Virus record (IMG/VR): IMGVR_UViG_3300045988_134388 | Coordinates: 1 to 31,230 of that record | Strand: one strand, 5' to 3' | Length of the DNA: 31,230 nucleotides | Source of the DNA: a virus | Shown here: positions 17,001 to 23,796 of the stretch, piece by piece | How positions within the stretch are numbered: the stretch's first letter is position 1 | Layout: every line of letters begins with the position of its first letter | The notes under the pieces: model-generated | What the model saw: only the letters and a program-made list of their open reading frames with translations | The model's database searches: none | What the model was told of the DNA's origin: nothing | Program-made: the position numbers and the translations under genes

Positions 17001-19710
17001 AAATGGCAATTATTCAGTAGTAGTAGCAACAGAAATTTCTGGGGCAAATGCTAATGAATCAAACATAATAAAGGTTACAAATGGACAAATATTATATACT
17101 GACTTCATTGCTTGTAATATAAATAATCCTTACTATGCATCTATAGAAGTTTACAATAAGGACACAAATAATGGAACTAATTATATTCAAGTTTGTTATT
17201 ATGATAAGAATAAAACTGCTTTAGCCTCTAATGAGGCAGCATTAAATGTAATAGGTGCTGCTACTATTCCTTCTGCTAATGCTTGGCATAAATTAGAAGG
17301 ATGGGTTAATGCTCCTGCATCAAATGATGTAAGAAGAAAAGCTAAATATGTAAGAGTAAGAATAATAAACAGATATTCTGGATTAGCTGGAATAACTTAC
17401 TGGAGAAATATTAGCTGGAAACAGCTTGGAAGTGGATTACTTGCTGACACTCAAGAAACAAAGACAGAGATAGCATCTACTAAATCAAAAGTGGCTACTA
17501 TAGAAACTAATTTATCTGGAATAACTTCAAGAGTTTCAAATGTTGAAACAAAACAAACTAAAACAGATGGAAAAGTTTCATCTTTAGAGAGTAGGGTGTC
17601 TACAGCAGAGTCTAAAATAACAGAAGATGCTATAACTAACACAGTTAAAAAGAATTTCTATACTAAAACAGAGACAAATTCACAAATAACTTCTAAAGGC
17701 TATCAGACTGCATCTCAAGTCCAACAAGCAGTTGATAAATTTGAAGTCAAGTTTGAAGAGTCTGGTGGTTATAATCTTTTAAGAAATTCTGCTTTTAAAG
17801 ATGGAGCAAATCAATGGAAAACATTGAGATGGGACACTTCAGGTGGTGGAACTTGCTCAACTTATGTTGAAAAAATAGGAAGTTCATATACTCCTACAAA
17901 TAGGAATTCTATTTGTACAGCTGTAAGAAATATTCCTTCAGATAGTTCAAATATAATGAGAGCAGGGTTTGATAGTGAATATATATCATGCAATGCTAAT
18001 ACAGTATATACATTTAGTGCTTTATTTGCTATGCATAGAGCAACTAAAGGGATATTAGAGTTGATTTGTTATGATTCAAACTACAATAGACTTTCAATTA
18101 CAACTACTGAAATTACTCAAAAAAGTGGTGGAAAAGATAGAAAAAATTGGACTAAAATCACAAAATCATTTACAACTCATGCTAATGCATCATTCATATT
18201 AGTAAGAGTATACATGGATAGATATACAGGTAGTTCTCCAAATAGTGCAGTTATTTGGATGTTAGAACCAATTCTTTTAGAAGGTAATTACTCTGATATA
18301 ATGTGGACTCCTAATTCTGATGAAGTCTATACTGGTATAACTACAATAGATAAAGATGGTATAACTGTTACTAATACTTCATCATCTACTCATACTCAAA
18401 TAGATAGTGAATCATTCAGAGTTGAGGACAATAAAGGTGGTACTGTTGCAGAGTTTTCTCAAAATTCTAGGATACCTAATTTATCTGCTGGTATAATTAC
18501 TGCTAATGAAATTTATGCTGGTAATGTATGTTCTAAATCACCAAAGGCTGGAGATATAAAGTTTATATATGTTAATGGCTCAACTGGTAATGATAACAAT
18601 GCAGGAACAAGCTCAAGTCCATATAAAACAGTACAAAGAGCAATAGATGATATCAAAGATAAGCAGGACCAAAGTGTTACTATTTATGTATATAATTCAG
18701 TGCCAGGATTTAATTTAAAAGGTGTTACTGGAACTGGTGTAATTACTTTTAGTTTACAAGATAGTGCTGTAATAAATGGTTATGTTGTCTTGGGTGGAGT
18801 TACAAACACTATAAGAATAACTAATGAATCAGGCTCTTTAAAATCAACATTTAAAAATGGAATCAGCATTTATAGATGCATGAATGTAGATATTTATGGA
18901 GTAACTTTCAGAGGAGTAGATGTTAATGGCAGTAACATATATATTCAAGATACAAATTATTGTGCTGTAAATAGTTGTGATTTAGGTGGGCTAGGCACTC
19001 AATTACTTTGTGCCATTAGAGTTCATTCCTCTTTATTATGGTTACATGGATGTAGAGGCTCAAATATTACAGATGTTGTTGGTCAATATGCTTTTAGTCA
19101 TGTAATGATGGCAAGAGCTGGAACAAGTAATGTGCCAGATTATACAAATGGATTACTTGTTAATTATGATGGCTCTGGAAGAATACAAAACTGGACTGGT
19201 GGTACATTTATAAAAACTCCTTCTAGTGGATGGAATCCAGCTTATACTCCAACACAAAAAACTCAAACTTGGAGTTTTAATAAAATCTGGTCAGATGAAA
19301 CTCTTAATGGATGGAGTGATAGACAAGAGCTTATACAAGGTTATGCATCAACTTGGAACACTGGTAGATGGACTGGATATATGCAATTTACAGATGGTAT
19401 GGCTGCTATTAGAAGTGCAATATCTGGTGGAACTAACTTCTCTGGAAGATTATATATTCAAAGAAGAACAAGCTCTGGTAACTCAACTGGCTCAAAACTT
19501 TGTTTATATGCTTCTGATGGAACTTTAATAACTAACAGTACAACTATAAACAGAGGGCAAGGAGTTTGGGTGAATTTAAGCTCTGCTATTATATCTAAAA
19601 TAGCATCTGGAGCAATAACATATTTCTATTTAAAAGCTGATGCAAATAATACTTCTACTTTCTTTAAGTGTGAAGCTAATCCAAAAATAGAAATAACTTA
19701 TACTAAATAA
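14056..19710 (+). CDS. Tail-associated lysin-like / tail fibre protein with coiled-coil repeats, two CBM-like modules and a C-terminal beta-helix
   Basis: The track ORF runs from GTG 14041; ATG 14056 avoids overlap with Dit. The N-terminus resembles a phage minor structural protein / Tal. Heptad-like repeats of the form xxNIEDLxA lie at nt ~15250-15620. Motifs include NLLRNSAFKDGANQW (CBM-like) and IYVNGSTGNDNNAGTSSSPYKTVQRAIDD (right-handed beta-helix / pectin-lyase-fold entry motif, nt ~18566 onward). Confidence 0.85.
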   Translation: MINSIFILDKSKTIVDVLSNNGDSPQSPFFDDKYVQDLATGAETFEFTTVSNERTSKYAVEGNYVAFKFKNKIKMFQIMETEEEHQEALYKNYYCVMAGLELKYNPIREREIPSANVRQFFEIALADTDWRLGIVDSALVLSSNIKIERATNVYSLIQEHLSTFDMEIEYRFEMTGNRISGMYIDVYKSRGRDTGFRFEYGENVSGVSKQVDMSELCTAMIGVGKDNIDFKSVEWGADMPALKPLNQDFIVDAEAHKIWNNNGSYLMGIYTSQTESPHELLTLTWNELQRRKQPKMTYDIQVEMLQGYDDEINIGDTVKVIDNDYIPALHLTARIGRLELSFTDYRQNKCILTNFKEVKSGILSLDTIQTIIDGKFPIGSEQIQDGAITEGKIDTQYLHTIKTDVIIAAKAEVEDLIADKANIEDLTAVNAKIENLKVKDAEIENAVINNLKTTTAEIESLKAKDATIENLVAEKANIKDLNAINASISNLEAIKADIVDLEATNATINNLKADVAEIDTLLAGNITADNIQSGSITSNELASGTITAGSGVIADGAIGSAQISSLDAAKINAGTIDTSRVTVAGPNSNLKLSGNRLQVFNGVGSNQVERVSLGDVRGDGSQYGLLVRGADGKTVIMDENGVTNAGITDGAITNDKINPDANIDGAKLNINSVITKINEDGSESIQGTKIDIEGTSLSTKLSNITTTQTAQGNKISEHSSKIAANESAINLKVDSQTYQSDKEGIETQLNKNTADIALNKEQIALKVEQTDIDKAKSEVEGKIDTKVNAAKSEIKVTTDKISQNVSNLTTTVNNKADGSTVSTLSNKVGSLETSVNGISGKVSSLETTTTSISSTATNALNKANSASTAASNAQSTANANKGNITTLQGEVSTVKSNVASLDVNLQGITQRVSSTESATSTLTSKVNTAQSTADAAKSAAANAQNSANNANNALSINQQTKMNGIELFNNEYKSNTSARPFTNGNYSVVVATEISGANANESNIIKVTNGQILYTDFIACNINNPYYASIEVYNKDTNNGTNYIQVCYYDKNKTALASNEAALNVIGAATIPSANAWHKLEGWVNAPASNDVRRKAKYVRVRIINRYSGLAGITYWRNISWKQLGSGLLADTQETKTEIASTKSKVATIETNLSGITSRVSNVETKQTKTDGKVSSLESRVSTAESKITEDAITNTVKKNFYTKTETNSQITSKGYQTASQVQQAVDKFEVKFEESGGYNLLRNSAFKDGANQWKTLRWDTSGGGTCSTYVEKIGSSYTPTNRNSICTAVRNIPSDSSNIMRAGFDSEYISCNANTVYTFSALFAMHRATKGILELICYDSNYNRLSITTTEITQKSGGKDRKNWTKITKSFTTHANASFILVRVYMDRYTGSSPNSAVIWMLEPILLEGNYSDIMWTPNSDEVYTGITTIDKDGITVTNTSSSTHTQIDSESFRVEDNKGGTVAEFSQNSRIPNLSAGIITANEIYAGNVCSKSPKAGDIKFIYVNGSTGNDNNAGTSSSPYKTVQRAIDDIKDKQDQSVTIYVYNSVPGFNLKGVTGTGVITFSLQDSAVINGYVVLGGVTNTIRITNESGSLKSTFKNGISIYRCMNVDIYGVTFRGVDVNGSNIYIQDTNYCAVNSCDLGGLGTQLLCAIRVHSSLLWLHGCRGSNITDVVGQYAFSHVMMARAGTSNVPDYTNGLLVNYDGSGRIQNWTGGTFIKTPSSGWNPAYTPTQKTQTWSFNKIWSDETLNGWSDRQELIQGYASTWNTGRWTGYMQFTDGMAAIRSAISGGTNFSGRLYIQRRTSSGNSTGSKLCLYASDGTLITNSTTINRGQGVWVNLSSAIISKIASGAITYFYLKADANNTSTFFKCEANPKIEITYTK

Positions 19711-19715
19711 ATTAA

Positions 19716-19747
19716 GGGAGTCTGACAAAATGTCAGATTCTCTTTTT
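19716..19747 (+). terminator. Strong rho-independent terminator
   Basis: GAGTCTGACA-AAA-TGTCAGATTC forms a 10-bp stem including one G-U pair (12 bp with outer G-U and G-C), followed by T5. Confidence 0.8.
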
Positions 19748-19779
19748 ATATACAAAAAATTATTAATGAGGTGAAGTAA

Positions 19780-20163
19780 ATGTTTGATAACTTAAATATT
19801 ACAAAAGGATATAAATTACAAGACAATATAACTGGAAATGAAGTAGAGATAGCAACTTTTAATGCTGTACTAACAAAAGGTAGCAATATAAATGTTTTTA
19901 TGAATATAAACTATCCTAACCTTTATGAAGTTCATAAAAACAATATATTAATAGCTTACAGAGAATTTAATGCAGAAGTTTCAGCTCTTGCATGTACTAT
20001 GGGACTTGCAGAAGAAGCACATCAAGCAAGTGCAATAAGAGAATTAGAGCCATTAAGAGAAGAATTTAAAGATATGGCTGTTAAAGTATTTTCTGATGTT
20101 ATAGCATCTCTTGGAAATATAAAAGTTAATCCAGTTCCAGTTATGGACATACCAAGATATTAA
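19780..20163 (+). CDS. Hypothetical protein
   Basis: 127-aa ORF with SD GAGGTGA. No motif recognised. Confidence 0.75.
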   Translation: MFDNLNITKGYKLQDNITGNEVEIATFNAVLTKGSNINVFMNINYPNLYEVHKNNILIAYREFNAEVSALACTMGLAEEAHQASAIRELEPLREEFKDMAVKVFSDVIASLGNIKVNPVPVMDIPRY

Positions 20164-20345
20164 AATAAATAGATAGCAAATGATGGCTTTTTATTTGACT
20201 GAAAAGAGCCAAGATTTTATGAGGATAAACAAGAACATTTATATGTTTCTGTTCTTTATTTAGGTGATAATGATTCAATAGATAATTATATACAAGTTGA
20301 AGAATCATCTGCTATTGAATTTTATAAATAGTGCTTTTACCTACT

Positions 20346-20370
20346 GGGCAGTTTAATAGCTGCCCTTTTA
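20346..20370 (+). terminator. Rho-independent terminator
   Basis: GGGCAG-TTTAATAG-CTGCCC followed by TTTTAT. Confidence 0.7.
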
Positions 20371-20417
20371 TAATGCAATAAATTTTAAATATTATCAAAG
20401 GGGCTGACAATAAAAAT

Positions 20418-20612
20418 ATGGATTTAAACACAATTGTTGAAATGGTAGTATCACAAGGGCCTTTTGCTGCTCTTTTTATATGGCTATTAATAGATACTAA
20501 TAAAAAAAATGAGATTAGAGAGCAGAGAATGCAAGAGCAATTAGATAAGACTGTTCCAATATTAAATCAGATAGTAAGTAGACTTGATGTTATAGAAGAA
20601 AAAATAAGATAA
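20418..20612 (+). CDS. Holin, BhlA/UviB family
   Basis: 64 aa. The QGPFAALFIWLL TM segment is followed by a charged coiled tail, matching my recollection of the BhlA/UviB signature QGPFAxLFxWLL. It lies upstream of the endolysin. Confidence 0.8.
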   Translation: MDLNTIVEMVVSQGPFAALFIWLLIDTNKKNEIREQRMQEQLDKTVPILNQIVSRLDVIEEKIR

Positions 20613-20617
20613 TTATT

Positions 20618-20697
20618 TTCCTCTTAAAAGGTGAGAGGAATGGCTTGATTTCAACATTCTTTTAGCTGTTCCTGCCAAAGGGAACAGTGATATTTTT
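20618..20697 (+). promoter_or_regulatory. Two hairpins between holin and endolysin; the second is terminator-like
   Basis: TTCCTCT-9 nt-AGAGGAA (20618-40) and CTGTTCC-8 nt-GGAACAG (20666-87). The second is followed by TGATATTTTT. Confidence 0.45.
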
Positions 20698-20732
20698 ATA
20701 AAAATAAACAATATAATAATGGAGATGATACA

Positions 20733-21395
20733 ATGTTATTTACTATAAATGCAGGACACACATTACAAGGAAAAGGAACTGGAGCTGTTGGCTTCTTAAA
20801 TGAATCAAAAGAAAATAGGGCTGTTGTGGCTCATGTTATAAAACTATTAAAACAATTAGGACATTCTGTTATAGATTGCACTATAGATAAATCAGATAAC
20901 TATTTAAAAGAAGCAGTAGCTGCTGCTAATAAGCATAAAGCTGATTTAGCTGTATCTATACATTTTAATAGCTCTGGTGATTCTTCTGCTAATGGAGTTG
21001 AAACATTAGTATATAATTCTAGTAATGACTATACTAATAAATATGCTAATGCTATTAATAAAGAAATAGCTGCTCTTGGTTATAGAAACAGAGGCATAAA
21101 GCAAAGACAAGATTTATACTGGTTAAAGAATACTACATCAAAAGCAATATTAATTGAATGTTGCTTTGTATCTAATAAAGCTGATTCAGATAAATATAAT
21201 GCTGTTAAGATGGCTGAGGCTATAGTTAAAGGTTTAGTAGGTAAATTACCAACTAATAACTCTAACAGCTCTACAGATTCATCTGAGAAGCTATATGCAG
21301 TATGTGTTGGAGCATACTCAAAAGTTAATGCTGATAGAATCCTTTTAGAAGTTAAATCAAAAGGATATAAAGATGCATATTTAATTCCAAGATAA
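20733..21395 (+). CDS. Endolysin: N-acetylmuramoyl-L-alanine amidase (Amidase_3) with C-terminal SPOR-like domain
   Basis: Amidase_3 layout: INAGH...DLAVSIHFNS...GVE...ILIECCFVSN. After a Ser/Asn linker comes LYAVCVGAYSKVNADRILLEVKSKGYKDAYLI, which is SPOR-like. Confidence 0.88.
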   Translation: MLFTINAGHTLQGKGTGAVGFLNESKENRAVVAHVIKLLKQLGHSVIDCTIDKSDNYLKEAVAAANKHKADLAVSIHFNSSGDSSANGVETLVYNSSNDYTNKYANAINKEIAALGYRNRGIKQRQDLYWLKNTTSKAILIECCFVSNKADSDKYNAVKMAEAIVKGLVGKLPTNNSNSSTDSSEKLYAVCVGAYSKVNADRILLEVKSKGYKDAYLIPR

Positions 21396-21399
21396 AAAT

Positions 21400-21440
21400 A
21401 AGGCATATTGTTATTATGACAGTATGCCTTTTCTTTATTT
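21400..21440. terminator. Bidirectional terminator between convergent genes
   Basis: AAGGCATA (21400-07) pairs with TATGCCTT (21423-30). It is flanked by A-rich sequence on the 5' side and TTCTTTATTTT on the 3' side. Confidence 0.65.
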
Positions 21441-21592
21441 TAATTTCTATTAAACCAAAAAGGTAATATACTCAAGAATTTACCAAAGAACATTGTTGCA
21501 AGTATTAACAGTGTTAATGGCCAAAATACAAAAGCTGCAATAATTCCTAATGTGTAGCCCATAGTAATCCAGTTTTGTTTAAAGTTACTCAT
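21440..21592 (-). CDS. 50-aa small membrane protein MSNFKQNWITMGYTLGIIAAFVFWPLTLLILATMFFGKFLSILPFWFNRN
   Basis: Hand-translated. SD GGAAGGTG lies 6 nt before the ATG (complement of 21590-92). It is strongly hydrophobic and convergent with the endolysin gene. Confidence 0.55.
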   Translation of the reverse strand: MSNFKQNWITMGYTLGIIAAFVFWPLTLLILATMFFGKFLSILPFWFNRN

Positions 21593-21705
21593 TAGTTCAC
21601 CTTCCTTTGCTTTTATATGATATTTAACTAATTAAACATTAACTGAATTATATCCTTCTTTACAATAAAAGATACAAAATAGGGGCAACTTTTACAAAGA
21701 AAAGT

Positions 21706-21733
21706 GTCTCAAACTAAGTAGTTGCAAGGCATT
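21706..21733. repeat. Box A copy 1: TCTCAAACTAAGTAGTTGCAAGGCATT
   Basis: Similar to 22130-22157 at about 22 of 27 positions. The AGTAGTnGCAAGG core also occurs at 22251-70. Confidence 0.6.
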
Positions 21734-21757
21734 CAATAGTGTATGAGTAATGGCTAC

Positions 21758-21798
21758 TAGATAATATAATGTATTATTATTATACTTTATATTATCTA
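21758..21798. repeat. Perfect 12-bp inverted repeat TAGATAATATAA / TTATATTATCTA
   Basis: Arms at 21758-69 and 21787-98 with a 17-nt AT-only spacer. Confidence 0.7.
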
Positions 21799-21911
21799 AG
21801 AGAGTTTTCTTAAACAGCCTTCAATCCCAGTCATAGCAACATATACAGCCATTATTTCTGACTGTTTTTGCCCCTTTTATGATTATAGAATATAATATGC
21901 TGCCTTAATTA

Positions 21912-21947
21912 CTGTATAAATGTTATCTGGTTGCAGCATTAAAAGCT
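21912..21947. repeat. Box B copy 1: CTGTATAAATGTTATCTGGTTGCAGCATTAAAAGCT
   Basis: The second copy at 22067-22101 differs by 3 substitutions and 1 indel. The copies are 155 bp apart in direct orientation. Confidence 0.7.
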
Positions 21948-22066
21948 CTATAAGCTCTTACATGATTAACAACTATTCATTATGAGTGAATTATCATAAG
22001 GATGCTCTAACTATTCTGTATGTTTCTCTTATAAGCTAATTTGATTATCTGATGCTGCTATGTTCT

Positions 22067-22101
22067 CTGTATAAATGTTATAATGTTGCAGCATTAAAGC
22101 T
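22067..22101. repeat. Box B copy 2
   Basis: CTGTATAAATGTTATAATGTTGCAGCATTAAAGCT. Confidence 0.7.
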
Positions 22102-22129
22102 TTTAATACAAAAATGAACAAAAAAAGTA

Positions 22130-22157
22130 AGCTCAATCCAAGTAGTAGCAAGGCATT
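22130..22157. repeat. Box A copy 2: GCTCAATCCAAGTAGTAGCAAGGCATT
   Basis: See 21706-21733. Confidence 0.6.
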
Positions 22158-22184
22158 GAGGCACTTTGGTGAATAGGACCCTGA

Positions 22185-22235
22185 ATAGATAACTAATATA
22201 TATTATATTAGCATATCTATTGGGGGGCATAGATA
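22185..22235. repeat. Alternating ATAGATA / TATCTAT / ATAGATA arms with a G6 loop
   Basis: ATAGATA (22185-91), a near-palindromic AT spacer, TATCTAT (22214-20), TGGGGGGC, then ATAGATA (22229-35). The arms could form two mutually exclusive hairpins. Confidence 0.55.
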
Positions 22236-22250
22236 ACAACATGCACCAAC

Positions 22251-22287
22251 AGTAGTATTTGCAAGGTGTTGAGGCCATTTTTATATA
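22251..22287 (+). promoter_or_regulatory. Box A copy 3 overlapping a possible + strand promoter
   Basis: AGTAGTATTTGCAAGGTGTT. TTGCAA, a 17-nt spacer, then TATATA points rightward, antisense to the 22443..22994 gene. Confidence 0.3.
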
Positions 22288-22442
22288 CTCATTTTTGTAA
22301 TTCTTCTGTATAACATGGCTCTTAACAGCTTACAGAAAGCACTTAATAATCTACATGACTATTTATACTTTAACAGCATTAACTAATCATACAGAGCAAC
22401 TGGAGCTTAAATTAAGTATATATAAAGCAAAAAGAGCCACAA

Positions 22443-22994
22443 TTATTTGCAGCTCTCATACTTTTCTTTGTATCTGTAATAAGTAGCTCTACTGATTCCC
22501 ATTTGAGCAACAGCATCTACAACAGACATGCTTTTAGATTCAACTAAGTTATAATAATGAATAAAATCATCTGGAACATCTTTGATTGGCCTTCCCATGT
22601 GTATTCCTTGTTCTTGAGCAGCCTCTATTCCTTTTCTTTGTTGTATTCTTTCATAAGCATCATATATAACATTAATATCTATTAATCCAATGTTAGGAAT
22701 ATCTATTGTATTGTCTTTAAGATTAACAGTCATATCTTTCTTTAATAGCTCTTTATTATCAAGCTTTACTTTATCATCTTCTTTATTATTGTATTTAATT
22801 ATATAATCAGCTGGACTTCCATCTTGATAATATTGGCATCCCATCCATTTAAAACCATAATCTTTTATATATTGCTTTAGGTCCTTAACAGATACACCAA
22901 GAGCATCTGCAAGCTCAGAAGTTTTATATTGTCTATTATTTAATGGCTCTAATATATCTTTTCTAAAATCTAGATTTAATAATTTAGTATTCAT
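22443..22994 (-). CDS. DNA-binding regulator: N-terminal HTH plus C-terminal serine-recombinase E-helix/HTH_7 remnant, no catalytic domain (repressor candidate)
   Basis: The track ORF extends to 23081, but ATG at 22994 has AAAGGAG 9 nt upstream and a promoter at 23021-49. The C-terminus ERIQQRKGIEAAQEQGIHMGRPIK...MGISRATYYRY matches the ER..GI..AK..G...GRPxK + HTH end of resolvases/invertases. There is no YxRVSxxxQ-type catalytic motif upstream. Confidence 0.75.
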   Translation of the reverse strand: MNTKLLNLDFRKDILEPLNNRQYKTSELADALGVSVKDLKQYIKDYGFKWMGCQYYQDGSPADYIIKYNNKEDDKVKLDNKELLKKDMTVNLKDNTIDIPNIGLIDINVIYDAYERIQQRKGIEAAQEQGIHMGRPIKDVPDDFIHYYNLVESKSMSVVDAVAQMGISRATYYRYKEKYESCK

Positions 22995-23020
22995 ATTTAA
23001 CAGCTCCTTTATAATTATAT

Positions 23021-23095
23021 ATTGTATCATGGACACCTTTTTTATACAATAATATGTATATGACATACATTTTATATACATATGTATGCTATAAT
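23021..23095. promoter_or_regulatory. Divergent promoter/operator switch
   Basis: Leftward promoter: TTGTAT, 17-nt spacer, TGaTACAAT (complement of 23049-23021). Rightward promoter: TGcTATAAT (23087-95). Operator-like half-sites: ATGTAT-N5-ATACAT (23054-70) and the 12-bp palindrome ATACATATGTAT (23076-87), which abuts the rightward extended -10. Confidence 0.65.
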
Positions 23096-23113
23096 AAATG
23101 TGAGGTGATTTAG

Positions 23114-23686
23114 ATGGAAGAAGCTAAAAAACATGAATGGTATGGACTAGCTCCAACACAAAGAGAGAGATTAGTTTTAGAGCTATTGACTCAAGGATAT
23201 ACAGCAGATATGCTTAATGAATATTTTGATGTAAAAACTAAGAGAGTAATAAATGATTTTATGAATGCCAGAGGCTATAGAAAAAGAGGTAATTCATATG
23301 TACCTAAGAAACAATCAGAGAACATGTCAGCTGCTCCTATAATGCATCAACAAAACAATATGTTGCCTAATATACAAATAGATGATGAGACTATATTCAA
23401 TATAATGAGTTTATCAAAACAGTATGATAAGATACAAGAAATAATAGATTCATATGATAATGGAACATTATCAACTAATAATGGACCAACAGAGAGTTAT
23501 ATTGAAGTAGTGGACACATCAATGCCTATATTAAAAATAGAGGGTGAAATCAAAAGAACTACAATAAGAGTTAATGAGAATATAATGAGTGATTTTAATA
23601 AACTATGGAAAGATAAATACTCTGAATATAAGCAACATGACCTTTTAAATTTAGCTCTACAAAACTTTATAGATAAATATAAATAG
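23114..23686 (+). CDS. Early regulator with two DNA-binding modules (N-terminal LuxR/sigma-region-4-like HTH; C-terminal ribbon-helix-helix-like)
   Basis: LAPTQRERLVLELLTQGYTADMLNEYF is GerE/LuxR-like. RTTIRVNENIMSDFNKLWKD...LLNLALQNFIDKY fits a beta-strand plus two-helix RHH pattern. Confidence 0.7.
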   Translation: MEEAKKHEWYGLAPTQRERLVLELLTQGYTADMLNEYFDVKTKRVINDFMNARGYRKRGNSYVPKKQSENMSAAPIMHQQNNMLPNIQIDDETIFNIMSLSKQYDKIQEIIDSYDNGTLSTNNGPTESYIEVVDTSMPILKIEGEIKRTTIRVNENIMSDFNKLWKDKYSEYKQHDLLNLALQNFIDKYK

Positions 23687-23687
23687 A

Positions 23688-23715
23688 TTACATTTTTTAT
23701 GATTTGTAGTATAAT
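23688..23715 (+). promoter_or_regulatory. Promoter of the small-peptide cassette
   Basis: TTACAT, a 16-nt spacer, then a perfect TATAAT (23710-15). Confidence 0.5.
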
Positions 23716-23796
23716 AATATTTAGAAATTGCAATTTAAGAGTGGGGTTTCATATAATCCAAGTTCCTACAGTAAGTAGGAAGGAGGTGTAATCTAT

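Noticed and set aside
21758-22220. dif/Xer-like sites as an integrase-free integration route. The AT palindromes and TTATGTTAAT at 24659-68 resemble XerD-arm sequence.
   Set aside because: The matches are limited to AT-only cores (for example AATATATATTAT) that are expected by chance in this composition. No convincing 11-6-11 dif architecture or XerC arm is present.
22078-22278. 66-aa minus-strand ORF in the repeat tract.
   Set aside because: It has no SD and an implausible Cys/Trp/Tyr-rich sequence, and it spans repeat and palindrome elements.
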